DNA of 64,000 nt, from contig JBILLK010000002.1 in NCBI GenBank assembly GCA_044376115.1, positions 288,001 to 352,000 on the forward strand, given 5' to 3'. The stretch comes from Polyangiaceae bacterium (lineage in GTDB: Bacteria > Myxococcota_A > Polyangia > Polyangiales > Polyangiaceae). Under the pieces are notes generated by a model. It had not been told where the DNA came from and did not search any database. It saw nothing but the letters and a program-made list of their open reading frames with translations. The first letter of the stretch is position 1. Each line of letters starts with the position of its first letter. Below are positions 49,374 through 58,700 of this stretch, in pieces. Made by a program: the position numbers and the translations under genes.

Positions 49374-51617
49374 ATGCGAGTTGCCCTTCTCACCATCGCT
49401 TTGCTCGGTGCTTGCAGCTCGCCGGCGCCGTCGCCTCCCACGACGCCGCCGGGGTTGAAGACGGTGGTCGCAGAAGTGAGCCCAGCGCCAGCGGCGCGTC
49501 GCTCATTCGTGGCGAACGGTCCGGCTGTGGCGGTGGAGACGCGTGCTCCTGTGTCGACGGCGTATGCGCTCTCGCCCGATGGCTTGCTGCTAGCGCTGTT
49601 CGTGGCGCAAGGGGGAGGGGTTGCGTTCTACGACGTCGACCGAGGCATCATCGTGGGACGCGCGCTCCTGCCGAGGCCGCCGGGCGAGCTGCAATTCTTC
49701 GAGTGGGCAGGGGACGACGCGCTGGTGATTGCCACCGATGACACGGTCCTGATTTACGACGGACGGACGGGCTCTCTGCGTGGTTCGGTAACGGGTCGCG
49801 TGCGCGGGTTCATTGCAACGGACCGCGGACCTGCGTTCGCCACCAGCGAGACGGCAGCGCCCTCGAAGCCCACGCAGCTCACGCTGCATCCGTTGGCGGC
49901 GCCCACCGAGACGCTTACTTCGCTCACGATTCCATCGCCGGTGCGTGCCGTTTCCGATCTCGGGAAGGGGACCTTCCTAGTGACGACGGAGACCGCTGCT
50001 GCGGCGTTCGACGTGAGCGGCAAGTCGTTGTGGACGGTGAGCGGAAACTTCTCCCAGTCGGCGTTCAACCCGGAGACCGGCTTGCTCTTGTGGCCTGTGG
50101 ACGGCGAGCTTCACGCGCTCGACACTGCGACCCGAAACCCGCGACCCGCGCTCAAGGGGGCCCGCGTCCTGGGCCGAGGAATCCGAGCGCCGTGGTTCTA
50201 TCAGCCGGTCGCGCCGATTGTGACCCGCGACACGAGTGGCGTTGTTGAGGCCGTCGATATGCGCAAACCAGGCTCTCCCATCCGCCTCGGTCAGAACCTG
50301 AAAGCGTTTGCCATCTCCGCGGGCTCCACCCATGCGGCGATCGGGACCAAAGAGGGCGTCATCTCGATCGTCGATCTCGCGACAGGAGCGAGCCGCTCAA
50401 TCGGTCGGGTGACCGACGACTTCTACCGCATGGAGCTCACGCGCGACGCCAGGTTCGTCACAACCATCAGCCTCAGTAGAACCCAGGTACTGCGTGGGGA
50501 CTCGCCCGACGGCAAGCCAAACGAAGCGCTGTTCACGTTACCGCGCGTGTGCTCGCTCCACACCAGCGAGAGCGGCGAGCTGCGCCTCGCGGACTGCGAC
50601 AGGAATTGGTTCGACCTGCGTGGCGCCGGGAAAGAAGGCTTCCAGCCGCGCGCGTTGGACCTTCGCGATGAGCAGTGGGCGGGTGACCCGGCGCCGGTCG
50701 AGGGGCCCGACGGCACCGCCTTTACCGCACGCTGTAGCAAGCTCCCGCCGGTCACGCTTGGCCTCGTCAGCGGTGAGAAAGCGGCGCCCGGCCGCGAGAG
50801 CTCGCCCACGTACGGTCGCCGCGTAGGCGATCTGCGCTCCGTAGGCAAAAGCCCGAACGGCGCCTTCGAGGTGCTGCATGAAGTAGCGGAGTTAGAAGGC
50901 GCGCCGGGCTTCGAACTTGTGATGGGCGTGCAGGTGAAGGAGCTCAAGAGCGGCCGCACCCGCTTGCGCGTGCGCTCGAGTGACGTGGGCTTCGCCTTCG
51001 ACCCCGATGGGCCTCTGTTCGCCGCAGGCGGGTGCAACCAGACTGACTCGTGCCGACCTCGAGGAAATGGGCCAAAGGGTCCTGTGCCCTTCGAGCCGGG
51101 AGCGAGTCATTCCACCGAAGGTGGATGCAGCAACAAGAATGACTCGCGCCTTCAAGAAAAACCGCCGAAGGCCCCTTGTCCTTCCCACTTTGGCGCGAGT
51201 CATTTCGCACTAGCACCGGTACCGGCTGTCTCTATGCCCACCCGCGCACGCGCGCACCAGATCGACCTCTACGACCTGACGACCGGCAACCTGGCAGAGA
51301 GCGTGCCCGCCCACGGCGGCGGCGAGCGACCGTTCTTCGCCAACCGCGGCAACGTCATTGGCTTCCACACCGCAGCCGGCGTCCGCTTGGTACGGCGCGC
51401 CGACCAACGCACCCTCGACGTACACGCCTTCACCCATGACGAACACTGCGACATCTTCGCCCTAACGCCCGACGGCGGCTTCGAAGGCGAGCCCCACGGC
51501 GCCCTCGGTTTTCGACTCGGCAACGACCTGCGCACCAGCGAGATCGTCTTCGAAGGACCCACCTTCGAGGCCCAGCGCAGAACGAGCCTGGTGGCCGCGT
51601 TGTTCGAAGGCAGGTAG
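49374..51617 (+). CDS. WD40-like beta-propeller lipoprotein
   Basis: LLGAC lipobox; ALSPDG, AFNPETG, FAFDPDG repeats; ALTPDGGFEG tail. Confidence 0.72.
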   Translation: MRVALLTIALLGACSSPAPSPPTTPPGLKTVVAEVSPAPAARRSFVANGPAVAVETRAPVSTAYALSPDGLLLALFVAQGGGVAFYDVDRGIIVGRALLPRPPGELQFFEWAGDDALVIATDDTVLIYDGRTGSLRGSVTGRVRGFIATDRGPAFATSETAAPSKPTQLTLHPLAAPTETLTSLTIPSPVRAVSDLGKGTFLVTTETAAAAFDVSGKSLWTVSGNFSQSAFNPETGLLLWPVDGELHALDTATRNPRPALKGARVLGRGIRAPWFYQPVAPIVTRDTSGVVEAVDMRKPGSPIRLGQNLKAFAISAGSTHAAIGTKEGVISIVDLATGASRSIGRVTDDFYRMELTRDARFVTTISLSRTQVLRGDSPDGKPNEALFTLPRVCSLHTSESGELRLADCDRNWFDLRGAGKEGFQPRALDLRDEQWAGDPAPVEGPDGTAFTARCSKLPPVTLGLVSGEKAAPGRESSPTYGRRVGDLRSVGKSPNGAFEVLHEVAELEGAPGFELVMGVQVKELKSGRTRLRVRSSDVGFAFDPDGPLFAAGGCNQTDSCRPRGNGPKGPVPFEPGASHSTEGGCSNKNDSRLQEKPPKAPCPSHFGASHFALAPVPAVSMPTRARAHQIDLYDLTTGNLAESVPAHGGGERPFFANRGNVIGFHTAAGVRLVRRADQRTLDVHAFTHDEHCDIFALTPDGGFEGEPHGALGFRLGNDLRTSEIVFEGPTFEAQRRTSLVAALFEGR

Positions 51618-51718
51618 CTCGGGCTGTACGTGCGCCTTCGAACCGGGTCGGCGTCTCGGCGAGGTGACCGCCGACGGACGTGGCGCTGCGTGGGCCCAAT
51701 CACTAACCTTCGCCCATC

Positions 51719-51965
51719 ATGCCTGACCTCCGTTCGTATCTCGCCGCCTTGCCGACCGTGCTTCACCTGCTTCATGCCGCATGTGGCGACGACAGCGCAG
51801 GAGGACGACCTCGACGGGCGGCGCGGAATGCAGCGCCTCGAACACTGTAGTGCGGGGCTCTTCCACTGCACCAACGCCGCCGCGAGCTTCTTCACCTGTG
51901 CCGAATACGGCGCCGGTGACGCAGCGACCTTCGAGAAGAGCCAGAGCAACCCGCGCTCGCGCTGA
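51719..51965 (+). pseudogene. Degraded lipoprotein gene with two apparent frameshifts
   Basis: MPDLRSYLAALPTVLHLLHAACGDDSAGG, then TSTGGAECSASN, then CSAGLFHCTN..FTCAEY in three successive frames. Confidence 0.45.
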
Positions 51966-51976
51966 GCGAAGCTCGC

Positions 51977-53563
51977 TCAGCCACCCAGCGGCGACGTGTA
52001 CACGCTCAGCTGAAGCTGCGGCGCGTTGCAATCGACCGCGGTGAGGTCCGACTTGACCAGTGGGTCAGGAATGTACGCCCATCCCGCGCGCCCCTGACCG
52101 AGGGGCACCAGCTCGTCGTGGTCACCCCACCCTGCGTCGTCCACGACGAGCGGCTCGGTGAGAAAATTGCCGTCGAGATCGATCTCGACAAGACGCGACT
52201 CGGAGGGTCTCTTCAGCGTCAGGTTGGTGGGATCGTCGATTCCGTGACGACGCATGACTCCGTACCCGAGCAGGTAGCGACCAGGGGCAATCTCAGTCAA
52301 CGACGAGTTCGACAGGTAGCCGTCCGGGTCTTGCAGGAGCCAATTGATCTCTCCGTCCATCGATCCGTCGGGGTTCCACTGAGCGAGGCCGATGCTGGTC
52401 CCGGGGGCCTCAGGATAGCCCGGGGGCACGGCTTCGCCGGGGACTCCGACGAGAAGGCCCACGTAGCCACCGTCGGGGCGGGCCAGTATCGTCGACGCGG
52501 CGCCCTTGTTCGCGAGGGCGTCGATGTTGATGTGGTGGAACTCCGTAGGCGGGCCGTCTTCGAGACGGAACACGTTCGCGCCGATGCCACCGATGGCCGC
52601 GTCATTGTAGTCCGTGCTGCACATGTGCGCGTATTTGCCGGTCTCCGGGTTGTACGCCACACGATTGCTGAGCGTGTGGCCGGTGCCGCAGGCCCAGGAC
52701 CAACCGCGCGTCGTCATGGTTTCGCTGGCGCGATCCATCACCAAGAACGCATCGGCCTCGTGACAGCTGCCCGGTCCGTCTTGGCCACCGACCGTCGCCT
52801 TGACGGCGATGCCCCACGTGGTGTCGTCATTGCCGAGTCGGAGATAGTTGTTGGCGTACTCCCAGCTACCGATCGACTTGTGCACGATGTACCGCTTCGG
52901 CTCGCTCTGGATGTCGCCGTTGGTCCATTCATACAGCCACATCTCGTCGTTCATCTTGTCCCCGCAGAGATAGGGATTGGTCATCCAATCTGCGGCTTCG
53001 TGGGTGGCCAGAACGTCCTTGTCGAATCCAGCGGTACCCGACGGCACGCGACAGAGCACCCCGATGGTCTGGCAGTCGTCGCTCACGGCGATGCCGTGCA
53101 TCTCTTCGCAATCCGGGAAGTGGCGCTGGTCCGCAACGACCAACGTGCCGCTGGGGTCATCGATGTCGGCGACCACGATGGCAGCCGAGGTCGGCCCCTG
53201 CTCCGGGAACGCCAAGTCCTCGCCGACGGTGACCGAGGTGAACATGCGGGCCTCGGGGCCGGCATTGCAGCTCGCGTGGTACATGCGCCGCGGTACGTCC
53301 CCTCCCGGGAGGTAGGTAATGGTGCGGATCGTCCAGTCCCATTCGCACGCAATGGGTTCGTCGCCGGGCGCGTCGAGGATCGTGTGGTGCACGCCAGGCT
53401 CCGAGGCGGGCGACGGCGACCCGCCGGAACCCGAGCTCGGGTTGTTCTGCCCACCCTCGCCTGACGTACCGCCGTTTCCTCCGCTGCTCGCATCCGATCC
53501 GGACGATACGCAAGCAACGAGGTGCCAGCTCAACACGACCCCTGCAAGACCTTTAGTATGCAT
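51977..53563 (-). CDS. Hypothetical lipoprotein (beta-rich, His/Cys-containing)
   Basis: LVAC lipobox, Gly/Ser linker, 528-aa ORF with coding-like codon bias. Confidence 0.72.
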   Translation of the reverse strand: MHTKGLAGVVLSWHLVACVSSGSDASSGGNGGTSGEGGQNNPSSGSGGSPSPASEPGVHHTILDAPGDEPIACEWDWTIRTITYLPGGDVPRRMYHASCNAGPEARMFTSVTVGEDLAFPEQGPTSAAIVVADIDDPSGTLVVADQRHFPDCEEMHGIAVSDDCQTIGVLCRVPSGTAGFDKDVLATHEAADWMTNPYLCGDKMNDEMWLYEWTNGDIQSEPKRYIVHKSIGSWEYANNYLRLGNDDTTWGIAVKATVGGQDGPGSCHEADAFLVMDRASETMTTRGWSWACGTGHTLSNRVAYNPETGKYAHMCSTDYNDAAIGGIGANVFRLEDGPPTEFHHINIDALANKGAASTILARPDGGYVGLLVGVPGEAVPPGYPEAPGTSIGLAQWNPDGSMDGEINWLLQDPDGYLSNSSLTEIAPGRYLLGYGVMRRHGIDDPTNLTLKRPSESRLVEIDLDGNFLTEPLVVDDAGWGDHDELVPLGQGRAGWAYIPDPLVKSDLTAVDCNAPQLQLSVYTSPLGG

Positions 53564-53940
53564 GCTTCAAAGCGAGCAATGACCGTACCACCATGGAATT
53601 GCATACGTTTCGGCGCGGCCAGCCACGCCATCCGCGTCGGTCGCGAACGTTGCTACGTCCAGCCGGTCCTCGTCCCGTTCTGAGGGCGGGTGCGGTGCTA
53701 TGCAGTCTTGTCGGAGCCAACGCCTGACCAGCGCGCGCTCGTCGCCCTCGTCAACGCCGAGACCGCCGCTTGCACGGGCAGGACAAAGAGCTCGTCGAAC
53801 TCAAGGGCCGCGTGCCTGCACCGCGCCCTCTCCCGCAGAGGCGCGGGTTTCAACGAAAGGTTGAAGGCACCGAAATAAATTCAACTATTCGGTGCGACGC
53901 TCTACCGCGCGCTGCGTCCTTGATTGGTTGCCAGTTGTGC

Positions 53941-54732
53941 GCGTGGTTCGGGTACTCGGTAGCGGTGTCGGGCGATGCGGCGCTCGTGGGCGCGTTCGAA
54001 CTCAACGGCGCCGGTAGCGCGTACGTGTTCAGCCGCAGCGGCATGACGTGGACCGAGGACGCCAAACTCACGGCTAGCGACGCGACTGCGTTCGACGTCT
54101 TCGGCTGCGCGGTGGCGCTCTCCGGTACTACGGCGATCGTGGGCGCGTTCGACACCGACTTGAGCAAGGGCAGCGCCTACGTCTTCCTGTTCGACGACAA
54201 GCTCGACCTTGGCGAAGCCTGCACTGACAACGCCGAGTGCTTCTCTGGCTTCTGCGCCGACGGCGTGTGCTGCAACACCGCCTGCGGCGGCGCTAGCGAC
54301 CAATGCCAGGCGTGTAGCGTCGCTGCGGGCGCAGCGGTCGATGGCACCTGCACGTCGGGCTGCAACGACGCCAACGAATGCACCACCGACAGCTGCGACG
54401 CGGCGACCGGCTGCGCACAAAACGCAGTAGCGGATGGCACGCCCTGCAACGGCGGTGAATGCCAGAGCGGTGTGTGCACCAGCCAGGGAGGTGGAGGAGC
54501 TGGCGGCGAGGGCGGTCTGGGCGGTGAAGCCGCAGGAGCCGGCGGTAGCGGAGCCGGCGATAGCGGAACCGGCGGTAGCGGAACCGGCGGCAGCGGAACC
54601 GGCGACGAGAGCGACGGTTGCTCCTGCCGGGTGATCGGAGCGCCGGTGGAGAACCGCGCACCGCACGAACTCGCGTGGATTGCGCTTGCGACCCTCGTCG
54701 CTGCGCGGATGCGTCGTCGCCGCGCCGCTTGA
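53941..54732 (+). pseudogene. 5'-truncated FG-GAP/Cys-rich/MYXO-CTERM surface protein
   Basis: Begins mid FG-GAP repeat (WFGYSVAVSGD.ALVGA) with no signal peptide; second repeat FGCAVALSG; Cys-rich block; GCSC..TM..RRRR tail. Confidence 0.65.
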
Positions 54733-54831
54733 GCCGCAGGCGAGTGCGCCTCATGGAACGCGGCGCTCCTCAGTGACTGACGTGCGAAGTGCGGATGACG
54801 GGCAGCAAGTTCGTTCGAAGCGCGTTCGCGC

Positions 54832-55521
54832 TCAGCGCGCGAGCTGCGCTGCGAACCAGCAGTCACGCTTCCCGACGGCCTGGAGCTCCGCCCCGCGCTT
54901 GCGCTTGATCGCGGTCATCGCGGACTCGTCCGACGTGGCCTCGAGCTCCGCCGACATATCGGCCAGCCACGCGCGCCAGCGCGGCGAGGTCAGGCGCTGC
55001 TCGAAGATGGCCACGGCCACGCGAGCGCGCTGCGACTCGTCGAAGGACTCGTCAATCTCGGACGGCATCGTGCACATCTGCGCGACGTCCCCCGGCTCAT
55101 CCGCCTTCTCCGGCTTGTAGATGCGCATCGTCGTCTCGCCCTCCTGTTCCTTCGCGGGCACCACGAGGAGCACCCCACCGACCTTGCACGGGGCATCGGC
55201 GATCGCCTTGCGACCCGCCGCTCTGTCTCCCGCCAGAGTCTCGGTGGCGACCACCTCGCCGCGGGAATCCTTCAGCACCAGCTTCACGAGGCTGTTGCCG
55301 GCGACCGTCGCGACGACGCTGCCGGCCTCCAACCAGCCGGCGGGGACCTCCTTGCCGACCGCGCCCACGCAGCGTCCGTGGTCGACCGACGGGCCCGCTG
55401 TCGGCGCGTCTCCGGTCTCGCTGCCGGAGGGCATCGACTCGGAGGGCAGCACCGGGTTTCCGCCACAAGCGACCTGGAGGACGAGGAGGACGGGGACGAA
55501 CCGGCGGGTGGAGAACCTCAT
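54832..55521 (-). CDS. Hypothetical lipoprotein
   Basis: MRFSTRR..LLVLQVAC lipobox. Confidence 0.7.
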   Translation of the reverse strand: MRFSTRRFVPVLLVLQVACGGNPVLPSESMPSGSETGDAPTAGPSVDHGRCVGAVGKEVPAGWLEAGSVVATVAGNSLVKLVLKDSRGEVVATETLAGDRAAGRKAIADAPCKVGGVLLVVPAKEQEGETTMRIYKPEKADEPGDVAQMCTMPSEIDESFDESQRARVAVAIFEQRLTSPRWRAWLADMSAELEATSDESAMTAIKRKRGAELQAVGKRDCWFAAQLAR

Positions 55522-55681
55522 GGTGCCGAAAGTAGGCCCTGCCCGCATGTGCTGACAAGTTACGCGCAGGGCCAGACTTCTCTGCGGACCTGACGTAGTC
55601 GGACCTCGCGATCAGGTCTGAGTTCGAGGGCGTTGCGAATCGGATTGGCGATCTCGTTCACGCGGTTGTGGAGGGGGCATT

Positions 55682-55726
55682 GCGACATCCAGGCGCCCGA
55701 TGGTTCATCAAGAGGCCCAATGTCGC
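55682..55726. repeat. 45-bp dyad element, variant A (copy 5, solo)
   Basis: GCGACATCCAGGCGCCCGATGGTTCATCAAGAGGCCCAATGTCGC. Confidence 0.8.
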
Positions 55727-55741
55727 ACGTGCGGTCCGCGA

Positions 55742-58700
55742 TCAGAGGTCAGCGATGTTCGCGTTTGCGGAGTTGCGAGCCGCTTGGAGGGCTGCGCGAC
55801 GCCGTCTGCGAAGCGCAACGCCCAACGCCGCTAGCACGGCCCACGCAGCACGCGTGGGATCCGACGCTGCCGCTGTCGTGCAGTTACAGCCGCCGTCTTC
55901 GGATGGGTCAGCGCCGCCGGCCGAGCCGCCGTTGCTACTCGAGCCGCCGTTGCCAGCCGGGCCGCCGCCACTCGAAGCGGCTCCCTCTCCGCCGTTGCCG
56001 CTTCCACCAGCGCCTCCACCACCAGCGCCTGCACCACCTTGGGGCACGCACTCTCCTGCGTCACACACGCCATCGTCGCAGGGAGCACCGTCGGGAAGGA
56101 GCTCGTCGTCTGGACAGGCTGCGCCGACTCCGTCGCAGACCTCGGCCTCGTCGCAATCCGAAGCTGGGTTGCGGCAAATGAGCCCCTGGTCGACGAAGCT
56201 GTCCTCCGGGCAGTTGGGGCCGGCGCTTCCGCAGCTCTCCGCGACATCGCACGGGCCCGCCGATTCACGGCAACTCACGCTCGAGCCAAGGATGCGGTCG
56301 ACGCAGCTGTTCGTGCTTCCGGGGCCGCCTTCGCAGGTGTCCTGCGCGTCGCACACCCCGCTCGGCGCGGACCCACACGGGGTGTCTGCCGGTTCGCCCT
56401 CGTCTTCGCAATCCGTGCTCGCGCCGTCGCAAAAGTCTTCGAGATCGCAGTCGCCGATACTGTCGCGACACGACGTCCCGCTCGCGAGCAGCTCGTCCTG
56501 CGGACACTCGCCCGCAGAGCCCGTGCAGGTTTCCTCGGCGTCGCACAACCCAGCGGCGACTCGACAAACCACGCCCGCCGGTTCGAGCGCGTCGGTTGGG
56601 CAAGCCACCCCCGCGCCATCGCATTGGTCGGCCAGGTCGCAGTCTCCCGTTGAAGGTCGGCATACCGTCGAACTCGGCGCGACCGCGTTGACGGGGCAGG
56701 TGGCGCTGCTCCCTGTGCAGCTCTCAACCACGTCGCACACGCCGGCAGATGGGCGGCACGTCGTCGCGGCGGGGAGGAACTGATCGGCTGGGCAGTTCGC
56801 GTTCGCGCCGGTGCACGTTTCGGCGACGTCGCAAGCCCCCGCGCTCGCACGGCACTCTACACTCGACGCCGCGAAGGCGTTCGCAGGGCAAGTGAGCGAA
56901 GTTCCGTCGCACGCTTCGGCGACGTCGCAAGCGCCGCCCGAAGCGCGGCATTGCGTTCCCGCGCTGATCGGCCCGCACGTACCGTTGACGGCCGCGCCCG
57001 CTGCAGTGCTGCACGCTTGACAGTCCGTTGTGCCGCCGCCGCAGGCGACGTTGCAACAAACCCCGTCCACACACTGACCTGACTGACAATCCTCGTTCGA
57101 GGCGCAGTCCGCACCGTTCGGCGAGGCGAGGACGATCCCGCGGAGGAAGACGCGGTTCGCGTCCTCCCCGGGCACGAAGCGCTCGTACGCCGCCAGCGCG
57201 CTGCCGTCCCCGAGCGCCGCCGCCGAAGCGGAGACCTCGCTGTCCGCAGGCGACTGCGAGATGTTGAACCACCCACCGATCGGCGCCGGCGTCGCCGCGT
57301 TCGACACCCGCAGCCCGCTCACGTCCGCCGCCCCACCCAGCACCAAGAACTCCGAACCGCCCAACGCCATCGCCGCGTACGACGCCGTCGGGGAGCCCGG
57401 GGGCAGCGGCACATTCACCCCGCTGAGCGTGCGTAGGAAATCAACGCCGTAGACCAGACAGTCGGTCGAGGTGCAGCGCATGGCCAGAGGGTTGGTGGTG
57501 GACGACGACGGGGCGCCAAACGTCGCGGAAGGTCCGGTAAAGGTCCCCCCCGAGGTGAGGCGTCGGAACCGTGGGGTATCGCTCCCGTCGCGCCAGAGGA
57601 CGACGTGGCCCACTCCGTCCGCGGAGGCCGCTAAACCTGGGCGCAGACCAAGACCATCGTTCACCACGACAATGGGAGTCCCATCCAGGACCTGCCCCGA
57701 GGGTAGCAACCGCTGGACCCGGACGCTGTCCTGGATACTCAAGAAAGCCTGAGACTGCCGCTGAAAGACCGCGAACGTGGCGCCATCCCAGGTAACGGCG
57801 AGTCGCCGCTGCGGCAGGTTCGGATCGAAGCCGGACAGGGCAATAGAACCGAGGTCGAGGGGCGGCCCTACCATGGGGACGCGTCCAGCCTGTACGGACA
57901 CCCCCCCACCCGCCACAAGATAGTTGGTTCCATCGAAGGCACCGCTCACAAGCCGGACAATATCGGGCGCGGGAGTTGAAAAAATCATGAAGGGCGCCGG
58001 GTCGATCGGGGTAGCCGCCGCGCTGAAGCGTTGACCATAGACAGCCGTCGTCCCGAGGCGTCGATCTCCCCAGGCGACGAGGTACTGGCTCTGGCCAGCA
58101 ATGACTGCCGGAGAGAACTGAGGGTTCGTGCCGAGGTTCAAGGTCACAGCCGAAACTTGGACCCCGCTGGAATCAACGACGCGAAGGTTGGCGTCGCTGA
58201 CGTTGGAGCTCAGCGGGCCACCCAGCACCCCTTGCGACACCACAAACCCTCCGCCGGGCCGTGGGTATACGGCCAGTAAGGCTTGTGCCCCAAACGGGAC
58301 AAACGGCGCCCCAATGCCGTTCCCGTTCGCGTCGATGCGCTGAAGTGTACCAAGCGGGTCCAGAGAAGCGAGATAGCTGCCGCCAATCCACCCGAGTCCG
58401 TGGACACGCGCGGTATTGACGATGGGTCCCAAAGAACCGTCGCTGTTGATCCGTCGGAAACTCCCACCAAAGCCATCCGATCCAGCGGCGACCGTCGATG
58501 ATCCATCGGATGCGAGGATCGATATCGGCCTGGAGCTGAACAGGACATCGATCGGGTTCGCGTCCAGCGTGATCCCCGATGGGGTCATGCGCCTCACCCG
58601 CCCTTCGCCCAGATGGATGATGAAGTTCGTCCCGTCGAACGCAACAACGTGGCTGCTGCCGAAGCCCGAGGCAGTTCCAACTAAGGTTCCGAACGGGTCG

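Noticed and set aside
52118..53464. Long antisense ORFs (e.g. 52118..53464, 31481..32875, 55668..56783, 25735..26859)
   Set aside because: Typical stop-poor shadows of high-GC genes on the opposite strand; no motifs of their own.
53708..53820. IS66-like transposase N-terminal remnant
   Set aside because: Only a vague coiled-coil resemblance; no terminal inverted repeats or catalytic domain.
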